Assembly (NCBI GenBank): GCA_017416145.1
Contig: JAFQDD010000010.1
Location: 93,036 to 157,035 of the forward strand
DNA length: 64,000 nucleotides
From: Spirochaetaceae bacterium
Lineage (GTDB): Bacteria; Spirochaetota; Spirochaetia; Treponematales; Treponemataceae
Reading direction: 5' to 3'
Below, one piece after another: positions 63,908-64,000 of this stretch; within the stretch, counting starts at the first letter, position 1, and each line of letters opens with the position of its first letter. Position numbers and translations under genes: made by a program. The notes under the pieces were generated by a model. That model was given only the letters and a program-made list of their open reading frames with translations, ran no database searches and was not told the origin of the DNA.

Positions 63908-64000
63908 TTACTTTAACAATTTATCAGATAATTCAATAATTCTGTTTCCGTATTTTTCTCGTAGTTTTTTTAGAATAATTTTGTTTACAAGAAGCCCTGC
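63908..64000 (-). CDS. 3' end of an unidentified gene running off the window
   Basis: The open frame reads ...AGLLVNKIILKKLREKYGNRIIELSDKLLK*, followed by a terminator. It is too short to identify. Confidence 0.3.
   Translation of the reverse strand, partial: AGLLVNKIILKKLREKYGNRIIELSDKLLK

Noticed and set aside
1-64000. Search for tRNA, rRNA, tmRNA, RNase P or 6S RNA genes
   Set aside because: No cloverleaf-compatible GTTCGAATC-type T-arm contexts or rRNA-like stretches were noticed. Absence is by eye only. A tRNAscan or Infernal run would be needed to be definitive.

Overview
This is a low-GC bacterial chromosomal segment with about 55 protein genes. Gene content suggests a Treponema-like spirochaete, but I cannot verify that from sequence alone. 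No rRNA or tRNA genes were recognised.

Main blocks:
1. Tandemly reiterated C-terminal modules of an Rpn-family nuclease gene lie at the left edge (1-490). An intact inverted paralog sits at 31.5-32.5 kb.
2. Housekeeping genes follow: cls, proS, a PTS-EIIA-like gene, a GH5-like gene and cutC.
3. A cytoplasmic chemoreceptor fuses a [FeFe]-hydrogenase-like Fe-S sensor domain to an MCP signalling domain (8082-10157).
4. An iteron-like array with 22-bp spacing and an HU-like gene bracketed by inverted repeats occupy 10.2-11.3 kb.
5. A complete type I-C CRISPR-Cas locus lies on the minus strand (11283-20894). Its order is cas3, a 196-bp intergenic region, cas5c-cas8c (with a probable internal cas11c)-cas7c-cas4-cas1-cas2, the leader, then 22 x 31-nt repeats plus a degenerate terminal repeat.
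6. A fatty-acid synthesis supercluster runs fabD-fabG-[gap]-fabF-fabZ-fabV-accB-accC-accD-accA on the minus strand (21684-31326). Its intergenic regions are unusually long and packed with GC-rich hairpin repeats. The usual acpP slot is empty.
7. The remainder holds metabolism, transport and envelope genes: cstA, an SGNH esterase, cysK, a radical SAM gene, pgsA, a NucA-like nuclease, a MATE transporter, an RR-HD-GYP gene, a STAS gene, fhs, bioY plus ECF components, a lipid kinase, an M29 aminopeptidase and an ABC exporter.

The most interesting signal is in the cas3-cas5c intergenic region. A solitary degenerate CRISPR repeat there keeps the crRNA 5'-handle intact. The 16 nt that follow it are repeated exactly, with a TTC (I-C) PAM, just upstream of a near-consensus promoter for the Cascade/adaptation operon. 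This looks like a crRNA-mimic autoregulatory module of the CreR/CreA class.

Other notable items:
- Stand-alone RpnS-like modules sit at the left edge of the window.
- fabV is tightly bracketed by inverted copies of a two-hairpin repeat element.
- A family of covarying hairpin repeats is scattered through at least 8 intergenic regions.
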